The notes beneath the pieces are model-generated. The model was not told the origin of the DNA. It did not search any database and saw only the letters and a list, made by a program, of their open reading frames with translations. A program made the position numbers and the translations under genes. From IMG/VR virus record IMGVR_UViG_3300044708_000049, positions 1-52,832 of that record: a stretch of DNA of 52,832 bases; one strand, 5' to 3'. The stretch comes from a virus. Lineage: Duplodnaviria; Caudoviricetes. Positions within the stretch are counted from its first letter, which is position 1, and each line of letters opens with the position of its first letter. Of the stretch, positions 37,581 through 48,530 are shown piece by piece.

Positions 37581-38339
37581 TCGTCTTTTAACTTTTTAAT
37601 TTCGTCTTGGATTTCTTTGGTGGTTCCGAACAATTCGGTCATCCATTCATCTTCTCTTATCATTTTCAACCTAAGTTGTTGTAGTTGGAGAAGAATGGGT
37701 TGCTTAGCATGTTCGGTTCGACACTCATTATATTGTTTGAGAACACGACCAATTTCTTCGAGACACCATAAGGCGGATTTCAATTGTAGTTCTGCTTGTT
37801 CTTTATTGGTGTTCATTGGAGTTTGAATGGAGTGTTACAGTAAGGACACGCCTTGTATCGAAGTTCCCTACAATCTTGTTCATCCAATGTCATTGTCCAA
37901 TTCTGTTTCCATTTGAGACAATTACATTCGTAAATCATGGCTGGTGGGTCTATAGCAAGTGACTGAATGAGTCTTCTCAATACCTTCTTTGAAGGTCGCT
38001 TTATCTGTGGATAGTAATTGGTAATCATTCGGGTTCAAATTGGTTCATGTGACGATACTGAATCATCTCTTTGAGTCGTAGTTCGATTGCTTTTTGTCGT
38101 GGAGCATCGACTGCCATTAATTTGAATTCAACATCCAAACGTTTCAACATGGATTCGAGTTTCTTGAGATATTCTTCCTTCTCTTTCCAATCCATGTTAC
38201 TGTCATCTACCGACGAGAGTTTCGCCGCTTCGTTTCGAAGGAAAGTGGCCGACTCCAATTGGAGAGTGGACCTCTCATTGAGAAGTTTGGCATCCTTCTC
38301 CAATTGGAGAAACTCTTTTACGTATTCAGAATACTTCAT
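37577..38339 (-). other. minus-strand hypothetical genes 37577-37816, 37813-38028 (Zn-ribbon), 38025-38339 (coiled coil)
   Basis: ATGA-overlapping ORFs. Confidence 0.65.
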
Positions 38340-38388
38340 GTTGGGTGTAATGCTATCAGGAATAAATAGGAACTCAACTTCTTATATT

Positions 38389-38416
38389 TTGACTTAATTT
38401 TATTAAGTGGTATGAT
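38389..38416 (+). promoter_or_regulatory. repeated early promoter TTGACT-N16-TATGAT
   Basis: Family member. Confidence 0.78.
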
Positions 38417-38425
38417 AGACTCACC

Positions 38426-39042
38426 ATGAAGGTTTCCAAATTCATAGCGTATCTGACGGAGTATATGACATTACACGGTGATGTCGAAATGGATGTTGAT
38501 ATAGAGAATGCCAAACTCATTCCACCTGAGCAACAGAATGAAGTTGATGAATTGAAACGAATGATTCAAGAAATCAAACGAGCCCAGATAGCGCAAGAGG
38601 AATTTAATTCGGTTCGAAAAGGTATGCCGTTGTGGCCACAACCTAAAAGTTCGCCGCCGGATAACAATCAGTCTCCTTGGGATGATGATAAAGACGATGA
38701 AGATTTTTTCAAAAAAATAGCAGGAGAATGATAACCCTTCGCGTAGAAATAAATGACACAGGTGATAGATTGAAGGTGGAAAAAACATTCCATGACTTTC
38801 CTGCCGACCATCCAATCTTAAAATCGAAGCCCGGTGATGAAGTGGAATGTGATATTCGAACAATGAAAGTGTCTTGTGTCGTTGTTTCCATGAACATGTC
38901 AATGAACAACGGTGACGCTGAGATTTATATCAGCCTCGAAGCCTTTGGAATTCTCTGTGTTCAATTTTTCATTGATGCCCACAAAAAAGTTCAATTTGAC
39001 AAAGTAACCTACGACCGACCCGAAACATTTTTTCCTCATTGA
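38426..39042 (+). other. hypothetical genes 38426-38731 and 38728-39042
   Basis: ORFs after promoter; AGGAG SD before the second. Confidence 0.7.
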
Positions 39043-39060
39043 AGTATAGCAGAAAGTTGC

Positions 39061-39088
39061 TTGACAATCTACCAAAGTGAGATATAAT
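39061..39088 (+). promoter_or_regulatory. promoter TTGACA-N16-TATAAT
   Basis: Both hexamers are consensus. Confidence 0.8.
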
Positions 39089-39109
39089 AATCCCACAATT
39101 AGAAATTTT

Positions 39110-39532
39110 ATGAATGAAAAAACTTTTGTTGGTATTTTCGCGGGAGTGTTCGCTTTCCTTGTGTTATCGTTTTATCTCTTTTTCCTCAACCATGTCTCCA
39201 TCAATGAGGTTGGCGTGTCGTTCCATTCTGGAACAGGAAAATTAGAGATTCAACCACATCCCGGTTGGTATGTTACATCACCGCTAGTCAAGGTGGTTAC
39301 TATTTCGACCGTTCCCGAAGTGGTTCACATACCGTCAATGGCAAACGTCATCAATACCAAAATCGTCCGAATCAAGCCAGAGGCGATCACTGATTACGTC
39401 AAACTCCAAGGATTCAGTTACAATTTGGGCGCTTCACAAAACAATATTCTGATGGGATACGCCTTTTCCGGTCAGACATACTCATTCCTTGAGATTGTTC
39501 AACAAGGCGGAGTTGAAGTTTTTACCAAGTAA
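39110..39532 (+). CDS. membrane protein with SPFH/band-7-like N-terminus
   Basis: TM followed by HVSINEVGV..PGWY..P. Confidence 0.6.
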   Translation: MNEKTFVGIFAGVFAFLVLSFYLFFLNHVSINEVGVSFHSGTGKLEIQPHPGWYVTSPLVKVVTISTVPEVVHIPSMANVINTKIVRIKPEAITDYVKLQGFSYNLGASQNNILMGYAFSGQTYSFLEIVQQGGVEVFTK

Positions 39533-39539
39533 GAAGAAT

Positions 39540-40280
39540 ATGAATATCGAACTTTCAGAAATGGTGTGGCCTCAGGCGAATTACACAAAGTTAATTCAAG
39601 ATGCCGTTCAAGACGTGTTCCAATGTCGATATTGGATGGGATTCACAGTGAATCAGTTGACCGTTGAAATACCGAAAGTGAAAACCTGTATGGCATGGTT
39701 GACTCTCACCAACGTAAGGCAAACCGGCAATCTCAAGAAATTGATTGACGATGCCATCAAATTGTTGATTCAGTTGGGTGAAGTCAAGGCAATCAAGAAT
39801 AAGATGGGGAAGGAATTTCTTTACATGGCGACGAGGGGAGCGACAAACCCCGAGAGTGGCGTTCAGATATTGACAAATGATGAAGACGTTGCCCACTCTT
39901 TCAAAGCGAAGGCATTGTTGGCCAGACACAGGCGGTCACTTAACAAAAAAGAATTGAAAAAATTGAACTTGGAACGGTGAGTCATGAAACTAGAAACGGG
40001 ACAACAGACAGCAGTAAATGAATTTCTCGAAGACCTTACTTCGAGGGCCAATGCGACCTTCGAAAAGGGAAACCGAGTCGGCGCCGCATATCTAGCAGAA
40101 ATCTGTGGAATGTGGACAAACGCCTTGAATCAACCGAACAAGAATCCTTTTCAGGAATCTTGGTTGTATCGGTGGTTTGGTCACGGATACGAGGATTTTG
40201 CTGTGGCAACTCGAATGAGTGTTCAGTTGACACGAAAGATGTTGGAAAAAGAAAAGTATAGCAGAACAAAAAAGAAGTAA
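39540..40280 (+). other. hypothetical genes 39540-39980 and 39984-40280
   Basis: Contiguous ORFs. Confidence 0.65.
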
Positions 40281-40321
40281 CATTTAACCAAGACAATCTG
40301 TAAGATTGACGGAAAGGATTT

Positions 40322-41260
40322 ATCGGATACCTTCACATAAATAATTTATATAAAGACCAGAAAGTTCTTCTTTTCAAAGAGTGTTACGCTCTTGAGAAGA
40401 TTCACGGAACTTCGGCGCACATCTCTTATGATGCCCTCGATGGCTCAACCCTGAACGGTATTCGATTTTTCAGTGGTGGAGAGTCTTACAACAAATTCGT
40501 AGCGCTTTTTGACCAAGCGGCCCTTTATCTTGCTTTCAAGGAATTGGGTCTGCCTGCTGACAAGAAAATTACCGTCTTCGGTGAAGCCTACGGTGGCAGC
40601 CAACAAAAAATGTCATTGACTTACGGACCGGTGTTGAAGTTCATCGCTTTCGATGTTCAAATCGGTAACGTATGGCTCGACGTTCCTAACGCTGAACAAG
40701 TCAGTAAGAAACTTGGTATTGAATTCGTTCCTTACGCCAAGGTGACAACTGACCTAGCCTCCCTCGATAGGGAGAGGGACAGACCTAGCGAACAGGCCAT
40801 CCGAAATGGTGTCAGCAAGATTGTCAAGGACCACCACGAACTTGGCGGCGAGAGAATCGAAAACCCTCGGAAACGAGAGGGTGTCGTTCTTCGGCCACTT
40901 ATCGAAGTGAGACTGAATGACGAGGACCGAGTTATCTCGAAACATAAGGGTGATGACTTCAAAGAGACAGCCACACCACGACAGGTGGTTGACCCATCGA
41001 AACAGGCCGTATTGGCTGGCGCTCTCGAAGTCGCCAACGAGTGGGTTACAGCGACTCGCCTTGAACATGTTCTCGACAAGATTCCCGGTCATTGTATGGA
41101 GAAAATGAGGGAGATTCTGGCCGCCATGGTTGAGGATGTTATCCGAGAAGGCGAGGGTGAAATCGTTGATTCTCCGGAGGTTCGGAAGGCGATTACTACC
41201 AAGACTGCCATCATGTATAAAGACTTGTTGAAGTCGTCACTACTAAGGTCGGCGTCATGA
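40322..41260 (+). CDS. Rnl2-family RNA ligase with probable ATC start
   Basis: Frame is open from 40310 and encodes GYLHINNLYK...ALEKIHGTSAH (motif I) upstream of the tracked TTG; FGEAYG, FDV, REGVVLRP, KHK...FKE; AAGGA SD. Confidence 0.82.
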   Translation: MGYLHINNLYKDQKVLLFKECYALEKIHGTSAHISYDALDGSTLNGIRFFSGGESYNKFVALFDQAALYLAFKELGLPADKKITVFGEAYGGSQQKMSLTYGPVLKFIAFDVQIGNVWLDVPNAEQVSKKLGIEFVPYAKVTTDLASLDRERDRPSEQAIRNGVSKIVKDHHELGGERIENPRKREGVVLRPLIEVRLNDEDRVISKHKGDDFKETATPRQVVDPSKQAVLAGALEVANEWVTATRLEHVLDKIPGHCMEKMREILAAMVEDVIREGEGEIVDSPEVRKAITTKTAIMYKDLLKSSLLRSAS

Positions 41261-42619
41261 ACAAACAATTCACCATCAAGGTGACGTTGCCATTTCCTGT
41301 TACTGGAGAGGGAATGGCGACGCTTTTTTGGTTACATCGTCAATACAATCCCAAAGGGAAAAAGTCAGTTACAAAAAAACAACAAGAGGCAGCGGTCAAA
41401 CTGTTAGCGCCTCGGGACTTCGAATTTGTTTTCGAAGCCACCGAGGAAGGTGAGTGGATTTTTGTTGGTAGAAAGGCTTAATAATGCGTAATTACAAAAA
41501 ACTCACTGACTCTGATATAGCGAAGGTCATTGTAAGACTGGCTGAACAAGAGATTGAAAGAGTAACACGTTTGGTCATTGAAGCGGAGGCGGAAGTGGCC
41601 GCACAACAGGTTAGAGTTACATGGGTTGAACATAATGATGACCAAGGCAATTTTGGACAGATTTGTCCAGTCACCAATTCGAAGGAAAACCTTCGAAGGC
41701 TTGAAATGGCCCGAGACTCTGCTCAAGACAGTCTTTACGAATGGAAACAAGTGAGAGACTACGCCATCAATACATTTCTCAATAAAATTCCATGAATATC
41801 ACTTGGGGATTACTAACCAATTGGATGACTGGTCCGTGGCATTTGCCTGCTGGATGGAAGTTGGAATATGAGTTCAGACCATCCCTCCGTTGGTATCCTG
41901 ACATTCACCAAGTTCACGGTTATTGGATACAGAAAAATCCTGATAAACAACATGGCGAGTTCTGGCATCTTGAGAAAGAAGAACAAAAGAATTGGGAAGA
42001 CCAATATCTTCAAGGCAGATACCGACAATATCGTGGAAGAAAACATTGGGAATGTTCTTGGCAACGGTTCACATTGACTGACATAAACGGAAAACAAATC
42101 ATCCTTCAAATGGATAATCAAGGCCACGTTGACGAAGTGAAGTATGTTGAACAAACAGTAAGGGTTCTCGTAAAAGTATGAAAGACACATTCCAATTTCT
42201 TTGGGCAGTCATTCGATTCATACCAGCCGTATTCTACGTTGTGTTCGTGGGAATTTTGTTCTACGCCTACATCCGATTGATTCATCCCTTCTTCGACAAA
42301 GTTTCTGCCAAAGACGTGAGTGGTTATTGCGACCACTTTGACAAATTCTAACCTATTTATTTTTATGAACGAACAACAACCTTTAGACATCAAATGGATT
42401 GACGAAATGTTGGAACGAAATGACCCCACCGAACTTGAGTGGGCGCAAAATGTTCTGAACCAATGGATGAACGACCTTGAAGATGATGAATACCAAGACT
42501 TCATGGATGGCGTTTCCGAGGGTGTAGTGAGTGAACATCACATGGGATTGTTTGTGGAATTCGCCCAATCAAAAAGGGAAGAACGTTCTCTCTGGGATAC
42601 CATTAGCGAAATTCTCTAA
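41257..42619 (+). other. hypothetical genes 41257-41481, 41484-41795, 41792-42181, 42365-42619 (acidic)
   Basis: Contiguous ORFs. Confidence 0.65.
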
Positions 42620-42653
42620 CACGGATTCAAGCCAAATTAAACTAAAAATTCGA

Positions 42654-42681
42654 TTGACTTATTATAGTCGTGTGGTAAAAT
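42654..42681 (+). promoter_or_regulatory. repeated early promoter TTGACT-N16-TAAAAT (leaderless)
   Basis: Family member; 6 nt to ATG 42688. Confidence 0.82.
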
Positions 42682-42687
42682 ACTCAC

Positions 42688-44541
42688 ATGAAAGTTAATA
42701 CTGAATTTGAGATTGGCGAAGAAGTGTTCATCATCAACTTCAACTCCGTCATGAAGTTGAAGATAACTAAAATCCTTGTAGAACAAAAAACCGGTGACGT
42801 ATCAAATGATCCACTCGTCACTTATGAATTTGACAATCTTCGTTCAGGTGTTAATGACGGGGGAACCAATTACCGTTACGAAAATGAAGTTGGTCGAACG
42901 GTGGCAGAACTTATCCGAAAACTCGGACCTAAAGACAATTTTTCCACTACTCTCGGTGATGGTGGTGTAACCGATGACTTGGTTAAATTACAGAAATTTG
43001 TTCGTAATTGCGCTACCAATTACGATTGTGATACCGGAGCAAATGGTGTTCATAACCCACTGAATTGTCGTAGTTGTGAGGCTCGTGGCCTCTTGATTAT
43101 TTAACAAATGACCATTTCCGATTACACAATTCTCTGTGTGTTTGTGTTCGCCTTCGGATACACTATCGGAAGATTACTAAGAAAAGATGTATGAATAAGA
43201 ACTACGAAACAATGTCTCTCGTTGAGAAGTTGGAAGAATTGACAACACTCAAGACAAGTCTTAGTAATTTGGCTAATTCTCTCGGAGGCAAAGACACCGG
43301 CATGATTGCTGCTTTAATTCACCAAGCGACAAGTAAATTGATTTCTCCAAAGAAATATCTCAGTCAAAGAATCGAAACGGGTGTGACTCCACCTGAGGCC
43401 GGCAATGAAGCATTTGAATGTCGTATTGTTAATCAGGTGAAAGAATTGTTTGGAGATGACCTAATGATAGTATGAACAACATGGTGTCAATTTGTATCGG
43501 TTCTGCCCTCTTTTTTCATGCTTTCTTAAACAACCCCATATTCATGTTCCCTCTCTTCATGTTCATCCTCGGCGTCTTAATAGGCGCATTCGTTCGATTC
43601 TCACCAGACGACCGTTGGTGAGACTTCTTATAAATTGATTTCAATTCCATAGTGGGGTATAATGCCTCACTATATGTCAATGTATGCCTTCACAGGTTCG
43701 GTGACTCCGAACATGCCTAATACGTGGTCGCCACAATTTTCATCTCATCATGGCGAACCTACACCAGCGAGGGTGCTACCAAAGGTGGAAATTCTATTCA
43801 AATACATTGACGCTGGGATTGAGATTGTGGATACTAAAACATTCTATGAATTCAATTCCACCTATGCTGAATTGACGAATCTAGTTCGAGATGATGTGAT
43901 TGATTTGGTAGTGGAAGATGGAAAAATCGAACAGTATGTTGTCATTGAAGTAAACATAGATAACGAAAATCTCACCACCAAAATTCTTGCCTATTACATT
44001 GGAATGTTATGAGTTGCCCTCCGCCGCCAAACACAGCAGAAAAACGTTTGAAGTATGAAACCCTCGTTCATATCCTCTTGGATGGTCGAAACAATATTTA
44101 TATTGGAAGCGATAACCCAAATTACGTTAAATGTATGTCTTTGGTTGTGGGTGATATAATTGACATCGACCTTTCAGAAAGGTTCGGAGTCGCAGAACAT
44201 ATCCAACAATATAGAATCTCAGAACGAGGCAAAATTGTGGATGATAGTCAAGAGAAATTTTTTCTGTCATTTCGAGCAGAACGGATTGGGAGTGGAAAAT
44301 CGGCGATATGAAAAGACAATCTGTGTATATCAAATCCATCAGACAAAGTAGAAAGTCTGATAGTGAATACGAACTGGTGGTGGATTATTCTAATGGAAGC
44401 AAAGCGAATTTCGTAGGTACTCGTGAATCAGTTTTTACTTTGTATGCTGAATTAGGTCAGAAGATGCTACAAGAAGTCATAAATGAAACCAACGAAATAT
44501 CATTGACTATTCAAGAATTTGCCAAACTCAAAGTATGTTAA
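42688..44541 (+). other. hypothetical genes 42688-43104, 43191-43475, 43662-44012, 44009-44311, 44308-44541
   Basis: Co-oriented ORFs. Confidence 0.65.
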
Positions 44542-44545
44542 AAAG

Positions 44546-44959
44546 ATGACTTACAAACAACATATTTTCAAATTGTGTAGGAAACACAATATAAAGAGAC
44601 GGTATGTTTATCATGCCGGTAATTCTGCTGCGCTTTACAATCTTCGACGAATTCTCATTCCACGTCATTTGAACAAGGCGAAAAATTATGCCATTGCTCT
44701 TCATGAAATTGCCCACGTTCTGAACAAATGGAAAAACAATCCTCAACAGAATTGGGCCGATAGAACAAACAACGTCACCAAATACCAATTACGTGACGAG
44801 AGGCAGGCTTGGTATTGGGCTATCGAACATGCTATAGAATGGACACCACGGATGGAAGAATATATGTGTGAGTGTATCAACACTTATGTTAGGGGTCACA
44901 ATTACTATCTAAAAAACCGAAAGAAAAAACATGGAAAAACTCAAACAAAAAGACATTAA
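44546..44959 (+). CDS. HExxH zinc metallopeptidase-like protein
   Basis: IALHEIAH...DERQAW. Confidence 0.65.
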   Translation: MTYKQHIFKLCRKHNIKRRYVYHAGNSAALYNLRRILIPRHLNKAKNYAIALHEIAHVLNKWKNNPQQNWADRTNNVTKYQLRDERQAWYWAIEHAIEWTPRMEEYMCECINTYVRGHNYYLKNRKKKHGKTQTKRH

Positions 44960-45269
44960 GACTCGTCTGTTACATTTATATAAAACAATTGAATGTGGTC
45001 TTCATTCTGGATTTTCGCCGTGTTGTGTTCGGTATTACGTTACGGTTCATCTGTGGCGAAGTGAATCAGAAATGAGAGAATATTGGAAGACGGTTCGTGA
45101 CGAACTTGGAACCATTCACCCCGGCTACGTCGTTTGTCCGGATTGTCTCACCAAAAGGAAATTCAAAGAGGTTCAATTGTGTCCCGTGGGTTCTGATTGT
45201 TGGCATAGCGATGAGTGTGCGGGACAAAAAAGATTGAAAATTAAGAAGGTAAGGCTTGACTTATTATAA
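44931..45269 (+). CDS. Cys-rich hypothetical protein
   Basis: GFSPCCV..GYVVCPDC. Confidence 0.65.
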   Translation: MEKLKQKDIKTRLLHLYKTIECGLHSGFSPCCVRYYVTVHLWRSESEMREYWKTVRDELGTIHPGYVVCPDCLTKRKFKEVQLCPVGSDCWHSDECAGQKRLKIKKVRLDLL

Positions 45270-45283
45270 ATTTATGGTAAAGT
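45256..45283 (+). promoter_or_regulatory. repeated early promoter TTGACT-N16-TAAAGT (leaderless, before 56-aa ORF 45290-45460)
   Basis: Family member. Confidence 0.8.
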
Positions 45284-45449
45284 CTGACCATGAATTTAGA
45301 TGAAGTCATCAAAACGTTGGAATTGGAAATATCCAAACAACGAAGCCATGTTTATCTTGCTGGTGATAAGGCGGATGTTGTTTACATTGGCGAAGAAATC
45401 GGTAAACTCCAGACTGCCATCAAAATCATAAAAATTTATAAGGAAGACA

Positions 45450-46565
45450 ATGAAAATTGATTTAGACTCTATCGACCGTGTGAATTTCATGGTCCACGAA
45501 CACATCTTGAATGGTGAAGTGGTTCACTTGGTTCAGCCGGTCCACATCGGAGCATCTTGGAACCGAACCAACAAACACTTTCGTTCCTCTGTTTGGAACA
45601 ACGAAGGCGAATTGATTTCTGCGGGTTTCCCTAAGTTCACCAATTGGGGTGAGAAGCCTGAGGAATTCCCTGTCCCTACCGACCTTCGAGGCGCTGTCAT
45701 CACTGAAAAACTTGATGGTTCACTTTTGATTGTCTCGAAGTATAAGGGCAACTTTATCCTTCGAACCCGAGGAACCGTTGATGCCTATGCTCTTGACAAT
45801 GGTCACGAACTTGAATTGTTCAAGCAAAAGTATCCGGACGTGTTCACTTATCAGCCATATTTTGAGACTTGGCCATTCTCTCTGTTGTTTGAATGGACCT
45901 CTCCCAACCAACGAATCGTCTTGTCATACGGTGACGAGGCGGATTGGGTTTTGGTTGGCGGCGTTTTTCACGATGGCGGATTGGTACAACCGGCGTATAG
46001 CCTGTTCCAACAAGACTATCTCGATTCTCTCGCGAAGGGTTTCGGTTGCCGTCGTCCTGAATACTACACTTTTACTACCGTGGAAGACTTACTCGCCAAC
46101 GTTGACGCGTGGAAGGGTAAGGAAGGTGTCTGTGTGTATTCCAAAGACGGTCAAGCGATTCACAAAGTCAAGGGCGCTTGGTATCTCGCTTTACATCACA
46201 TGAAGTCGCAATTGGCTTCGTTTGAAAAGGTGGTTGACGTTTGGATTTCTATGGAGAAGCCTGACTACACCACGTTCTACAACGCTGTGGCGACTCAATT
46301 TGATTTCGAACTGGCGAATCAAATCCGTGGCGACGTTTCTCGTATCTGTGATGGATACAAGGAAGTTCAGAAGATTGTGACTGGTATGACGAATTTTGTC
46401 AATACGGTCAAGAAGGATTTCGAAAGCCGTAAAGGTCAAGCGGTTGCTATCCTTTCTGCCTACGGTGAAACCAATCGGGCGGCATTCTGTTTCAAGTTAC
46501 TTGACGGAAAGACCTTGGCGGATGACGACTTGAAAAAGTTGTTGTTCCAAGTTCTTAAGCGTTAA
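45450..46565 (+). CDS. T4 Rnl1-like RNA ligase
   Basis: GFPKFTNWGE, EKLDGSL, RTRG, LFEW.SP..RIV..Y, EGVCV, KVKGAWY. Confidence 0.9.
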   Translation: MKIDLDSIDRVNFMVHEHILNGEVVHLVQPVHIGASWNRTNKHFRSSVWNNEGELISAGFPKFTNWGEKPEEFPVPTDLRGAVITEKLDGSLLIVSKYKGNFILRTRGTVDAYALDNGHELELFKQKYPDVFTYQPYFETWPFSLLFEWTSPNQRIVLSYGDEADWVLVGGVFHDGGLVQPAYSLFQQDYLDSLAKGFGCRRPEYYTFTTVEDLLANVDAWKGKEGVCVYSKDGQAIHKVKGAWYLALHHMKSQLASFEKVVDVWISMEKPDYTTFYNAVATQFDFELANQIRGDVSRICDGYKEVQKIVTGMTNFVNTVKKDFESRKGQAVAILSAYGETNRAAFCFKLLDGKTLADDDLKKLLFQVLKR

Positions 46566-46568
46566 CGC

Positions 46569-46596
46569 TTGACTTTTTATATCTGTGTGGTAAAGT
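46569..46596 (+). promoter_or_regulatory. repeated early promoter TTGACT-N16-TAAAGT
   Basis: Family member. Confidence 0.78.
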
Positions 46597-46627
46597 CTAA
46601 TCGTAAGTTACGGAACTAAAGAAATCT

Positions 46628-48500
46628 ATGCTTAGCGACCAAATTTTGACTCGGTGTTCTCTGAACAAGAACAAGAATTTCAATACTGTTGAACACTGTT
46701 TTCAACATATTATTGAAAATCTTACGAGTTTCTGGCTCGACTACGCTTCGAAGGCGATTAAGAATAATCAGCCAGTGGTTCTGTTCTCGACGATTGCTAG
46801 CGACTTGATTGCGTCAGAATTTACCCGACAGATTTATTCTGGCGTCACAGGTCCATCCAAAGATCTCGTAACTGAGGTAACGAATGAAGTCAAAAATTGT
46901 ATCAATCTTCAATTCGAATATGGCCGTTATGTTGACGTGAAAAATTATCTGATTGACCGACAGACTCAACAGGAAATCCTTCACGCACAAGTCGTGGCGG
47001 ATTTTAAGAAACAAAAATGAATTTGTTAATTAGGCTCATTGATAGTGAAACGGGATTGGCCATCCCTACGAATAACGGTGAGGATGTGCATCCTCTTATT
47101 CCTTTCGTGTGGCGTGTTTGCCGTTGACTGTTCGCCACGTTCACTATCTCTCAATTTTAATATGACTAATATGACTAAGATACCGTCAATCAGATTCATC
47201 TGCTTCTGTAAATACGAGTGGTTAGTAGCAGTCCCACCTTGGTTGGCTTCGTGGGATGATTTCACGAAGATGACTTGTTCCCAATGTGGCAAGTCGCCTA
47301 ACTCATTCGTTTGGGCAGGATTCGAACCATTGAGTAAAGAAGATTGATATGAAAATACCAGCAGAAAGTTTGTGTCAGACGTTAGCCATCAACGTGAACA
47401 ACTCGAAACTCAGCGATGCTGCCTTTCGTGAGTTGGTTCGGAATACTCTTCCGATTGTTGAATTTCGACGGCCAACGAAAGCAAGTGACAATCCGTGTGG
47501 TGAAATCTTTCTATCCAATGATGACCCCGATGGCGGCATAGATGTGGGAGAGTGTCCAAACGGAGGGAGATACATCCGATGACCGATAGAATTGAAGTCA
47601 TCAGTGGCGAACTCGTAGATACCCGAGACGGTTATACGTGGCAAAATGTTTGGTATGAACTCGATTATGATGGTATCAAACGATTTTACAAACAATGTTT
47701 CGGCGCCAGACCGAGTGACCCTGAACAAGTGACCGACGAAGACGAAATCAAAGACTTAATTTATGAAATATCAAAAAGTTGTAGTTAAAACAAGACCCAC
47801 TGAGTTTAGTGATAGTATCACCAACCTTCTATTGAATGGTTGGAGAATTACCCCAGCGGGCATTCAATCATCCGTTGCCACTGCTGCCAGTGAAAGAGCG
47901 GGCCTTTACACACAATACTTACTGACCGCAGTTCTCGAAAAAGAGATGGGGGCAATAGAGGCCGGTGAACAAGGATTAGCATGAACAAATTAAGCCAATT
48001 TTGTTTTAGGGCCAAACCCTCTCAAAGAGGCGTATGGTGTATCATCAGCATTTGTTTTGCTTTTCTGTCAATATTTGCTGCCTATCTCTTCGTGGAACAA
48101 CACCGTTATTTTCTCGCACTTGTGAATATGGCAGTAGCATTACTCAATGCCATGTTTGCGCTTGTATCATCACTGATATACCGTGACTGGCGAAGAAACA
48201 ATCCGAAGCCTGATTTTTACATTGACGGAAGACCACACTGGCATCTTGGGAATCATCTTGGTGGTAAGTGTGGTTGTGGCGCCCATGTTGGTAATGACAA
48301 CTTCAAATCGAATCAAAGCAATGGAAATACTTAAAGATATTATCGTAACGGTGAAAGACGGTGATTTGGAAATTCGCCGAGGCAAGGCATTGACTTCCCT
48401 TTACTACAAGGGTGTTGAGAAGTTCACATTCCGAACGCCAGAGTTAGACATCCTCGTTGAAATGATTAAGGCAGCAAAAGAATCTGCCAACAATCCTTGA
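46628..48500 (+). other. hypothetical genes 46628-47020, 47039-47347, 47349-47582, 47579-47788, 47763-47984 (DUF1737-like), 47981-48334 (two-TM), 48321-48500
   Basis: Contiguous ORFs. Confidence 0.6.
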
Positions 48501-48524
48501 CAAATATAATAACCGTGTTATAGT
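48497..48524 (+). promoter_or_regulatory. repeated early promoter TTGACA-N16-TATAGT (leaderless)
   Basis: 6 nt to ATG 48531. Confidence 0.82.
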
Positions 48525-48530
48525 AACACC

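Noticed and set aside
14447-48524. Repeated CTTGACTTATTATA as CRISPR or mobile-element repeats
   Set aside because: Copies are kilobases apart, degenerate and always upstream of genes with a -10 element, so they are promoters. No spacer array was seen in the window.
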